The notes under the pieces are model-generated. The model was given only the letters and a program-made list of their open reading frames with translations, was not told the origin of the DNA and did not search any database. The translations under genes were made by a program, and so were the position numbers. A stretch of 64,000 nt of DNA from a virus: positions 64,001 through 128,000 of the IMG/VR virus record IMGVR_UViG_3300045988_130750; one strand, given 5' to 3'. Below, piece by piece: positions 61,720 through 64,000 of this stretch (positions within the stretch are counted from its first letter, which is position 1; every line of letters starts with the position of its first letter).

Positions 61720-61811
61720 AATAAGTCAAGAAATACATCATAAATTGATTTATTTTATTTTGAAGGGACAATAAAAGGGTTGATTTCTTGTGGAATCGAG
61801 AAAGGAGATAA

Positions 61812-62129
61812 ATGGGAACGTATAATAAAGAAGATATCTATATGATAACTTTAGAAGGCATAGAACAGGGTTTATTTATAGGGGTAAGTAATAAACACTA
61901 TGATGAATTATATAAGTATTATGGCTATTTAAAAGTGTTAGATAATACTGATAATGTACAGAAATCAAATGAAGATAATGGAAAAATAAATAGATTACAA
62001 AAAGAGCTAGAACAAGAAAAAGCTTATTGTAAATTCTGGAAAGAACTAACTTTAAATCTTAAATCGTCATTTGAGGGACTTATAAACAAAATTGAGGAAG
62101 GAGATATAAATATTGACAAAAATAATTAA
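61812..62129 (+). CDS. hypothetical coiled-coil protein
   Basis: ATG follows GAAAGGAGATAA. TTTC box at 61784-61793. Confidence 0.6.
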   Translation: MGTYNKEDIYMITLEGIEQGLFIGVSNKHYDELYKYYGYLKVLDNTDNVQKSNEDNGKINRLQKELEQEKAYCKFWKELTLNLKSSFEGLINKIEEGDINIDKNN

Positions 62130-63282
62130 GAGAGATTGTACAGAAGTAGATTTTGATAAGTCTAAGATTTTCAATGCAATTCTCAAAGCAATGAAAAATG
62201 GTTCGGGAATTGTCAAACCTAAGATTGCTGAAGACATTGCAAATGAGATCGAGGAAGAGTGTAAAAATAAAGACGAAGTAAGTATCTCTAATATTGAGTC
62301 AATGGTATATGATAAATTGATTACGAAGAAACAGAGACTTACCGCAAAAGCATATGAGGGTTACAGGAGCATTCGTGAGTTTCAGAGAGAGAATAATAAC
62401 ACTACTGACGAGCAGATATCAGAATTATTAGAAGGAACAAGTGATTATTGGAATAATGAAAATTCCAACAAAAATGCTCGCCTGCTAACTACCCAACGTG
62501 ATTATATGGCAGGTATCGTTAGTACAGATATTACGAGAAGATTTCTTTTGCCACCAGAAGTAGTTCAAGCACATGATGAAGGATTAATTCATTTCCACGA
62601 TGCTGATTACTTCGGACAGAATGCCATCACAAACTGCTGCTTAATTAATCTGGAAGACATGCTTCAAAATGGTACATGTATCAACAAGGTCAAAATTGAT
62701 AAACCACATAGATTTATTACAGCAATGACCATTGCAACTCAGATCATTACTGCTGTTACGAGTTCCCAATATGGAGGGGCGAGTATTAGTTTGACTCACT
62801 TAGCTCCATTTGTAAGAGATAGTTACAACTTATATTTTAAGAAGTATAAAGCATGGGGATTTGATGATGAAAAATCTAAAGAATATGCAAAAGCTGATAC
62901 CAAAAAAGAAGTTGTTGACGGAGTTCAGACGTTTAATTATCAGTGTAATTCTATGACTACAACAAATGGACAGTCTCCTTTTTTGAGTGTATTTATGTAT
63001 CTTGGAGAAACAGAAGAATATAAAGACGAACTTGCAATGATTATTGAAGAATTTCTTAATCAGAGAATTTTAGGAATGAAGAATGAAGTTGGAGTATATG
63101 TTACTCAAGCATTTCCTAAGTTGTTATATGTACTTGAAGAAGATAATATTCATGAGAATAGCGAGTATTGGTATTTAACAGAACTCGCAGCTAAATGTAC
63201 TGCAAAAAGATTAGTTCCTGATTATATTTCCGAAAAGAAAATGAAGGAATATAAGGAAGGAAACTGTTTCCCGTGTATGGGT
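62113..63282 (+). CDS. nrdD: anaerobic ribonucleoside-triphosphate reductase NrdD, exon 1
   Basis: TTG start. ATP-cone IIKRDCTEVDFDKSKI, then a class III RNR core. The conserved sequence stops at ...GNCFPCMG (63282); the track ORF then runs into non-homologous residues and a stop. Confidence 0.85.
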
Positions 63283-63567
63283 GAGCGTAAACTACAGCCC
63301 AGGATAAACCGATTGAACCTCGTTGCTTAGAGGGTGTGACTTTTAAAGTTGCTAACGGATAGGTCTTAGCGAGAAGAGATTCAATGACCTAAGATGAGTA
63401 CCGTGCCAAGCCTATAATGTAGGAAGTGTGTATCGACTAAGGTGGGATGAGTGTACCACAAGAGGATTGGAGATAAGCACCAATTCAGAGCAGTCGGCTC
63501 GTTGATGAGAGTAACGGACTCGGAGAGAATATATAGTCAGTGTACATAGTGATATGTAATAAAAATG
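63283..63567 (+). ncRNA. ORF-less group I intron in nrdD
   Basis: 285 nt between ...PCMG and CRSFLSPW... Exon TGGGT (63278-63282) can pair with GCCCA (63297-63301), giving the U.G pair at the 5' splice site. The last intron nucleotide is G (63567). P7-like CGACTA (about 63444) pairs with TATAGTC (about 63533). Visibly higher GC than the flanks. Confidence 0.75.
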
Positions 63568-64000
63568 TGTAGAAGCTTTTTATCTCCTTGGAACGATGAA
63601 AATGATAATTATAAATTCTATGGACGTTTTAATCAGGGAGTTGTAACAATTAATCTTGTAGATGTAGCATTATCATCTGAAGGCGATTTTAATAAATTCT
63701 GGGAGTTAATGAATCAAAGAACAGAATTATGTCATAAGGCATTAAAATGTAGACATGAAAGATTAGAAGGAACTTTATCAGATGTTGCGCCTATTTTATG
63801 GCAGGACGGAGCATTTGCAAGACTTGAAAAAGGTGAAAAGATTGATAAATTACTTCATGGTGGATATTCAAGTATCTCTCTTGGATATGCAGGATTATAT
63901 GAATGCGTTAAATATATGACTGGTAATTCCCATACAGATCATTCAACAGGTCATGATTTTGGAATTAAGGTGATGGAATTTCTTAATGATAAATGCGAAC
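63568..64000 (+). CDS. nrdD: NrdD, exon 2 (runs off the window)
   Basis: CRSFLSPWNDEN..YGRFNQGVVTINLVDVAL...SPILWQDGAF..SISLGYAGLYE is colinear with NrdD after the MGCRSFL motif. In frame from 63568. Confidence 0.85.

Noticed and set aside
1-64000. Alternative genetic code (stop-codon reassignment), prompted by the in-frame TAA in the YopX gene and the phage tRNAs
   Set aside because: TAA, TAG (for example the macro gene at 27452 and the ERCC4 gene at 52586) and TGA (for example the recJ-like gene at 48765) all terminate well-supported genes at the expected ends. No tRNA has a stop-complementary anticodon. Only one gene shows an internal stop.

Overview
This 64-kb window reads as one contiguous stretch of a large, AT-rich, Firmicutes-type dsDNA phage or prophage genome. 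About 120 densely packed genes sit almost entirely on the + strand; only two convincing genes are on the - strand. From left to right I see: (1) small acidic or Zn-ribbon early genes, including a HicA-like toxin; (2) a CI/Cro-like divergent XRE switch with two palindromic operators and a BRO-N antirepressor; (3) a terminator-bounded tyrosine-recombinase island with a divergently transcribed RHH / PemK-MazF pair; (4) a consensus promoter overlapped by LexA (Cheo) boxes, followed by tRNA-Gln and an unusual sigma-70-like::DUF262 fusion ORF, then two more tRNAs; (5) an overlapping RlaP-type nucleotidyltransferase / CCA-adding enzyme / DHH phosphoesterase triad; (6) a Dcm methyltransferase and a PARG-like macrodomain; (7) a long run of small Zn-ribbon ORFs, an HNH and a DUF559-type endonuclease, and an Rnl5-type RNA ligase; (8) a 947-bp ORF-free, repeat- and hairpin-rich region; (9) a replication module with an SSB-like protein, AAA ATPase, DnaB, primase, RecJ-like protein, Pol III alpha and ERCC4 nuclease; (10) nucleotide-metabolism genes, LigA, and an nrdD gene split by a short group I intron. 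The strongest candidates for something undescribed are the SOS-gated sigma::DUF262 fusion, two pervasive conserved junction motifs, and the ORF-free structured region. All family calls come from motif recognition by eye; no searches were run. Many starts were refined from the ORF track using Shine-Dalgarno (SD) placement.
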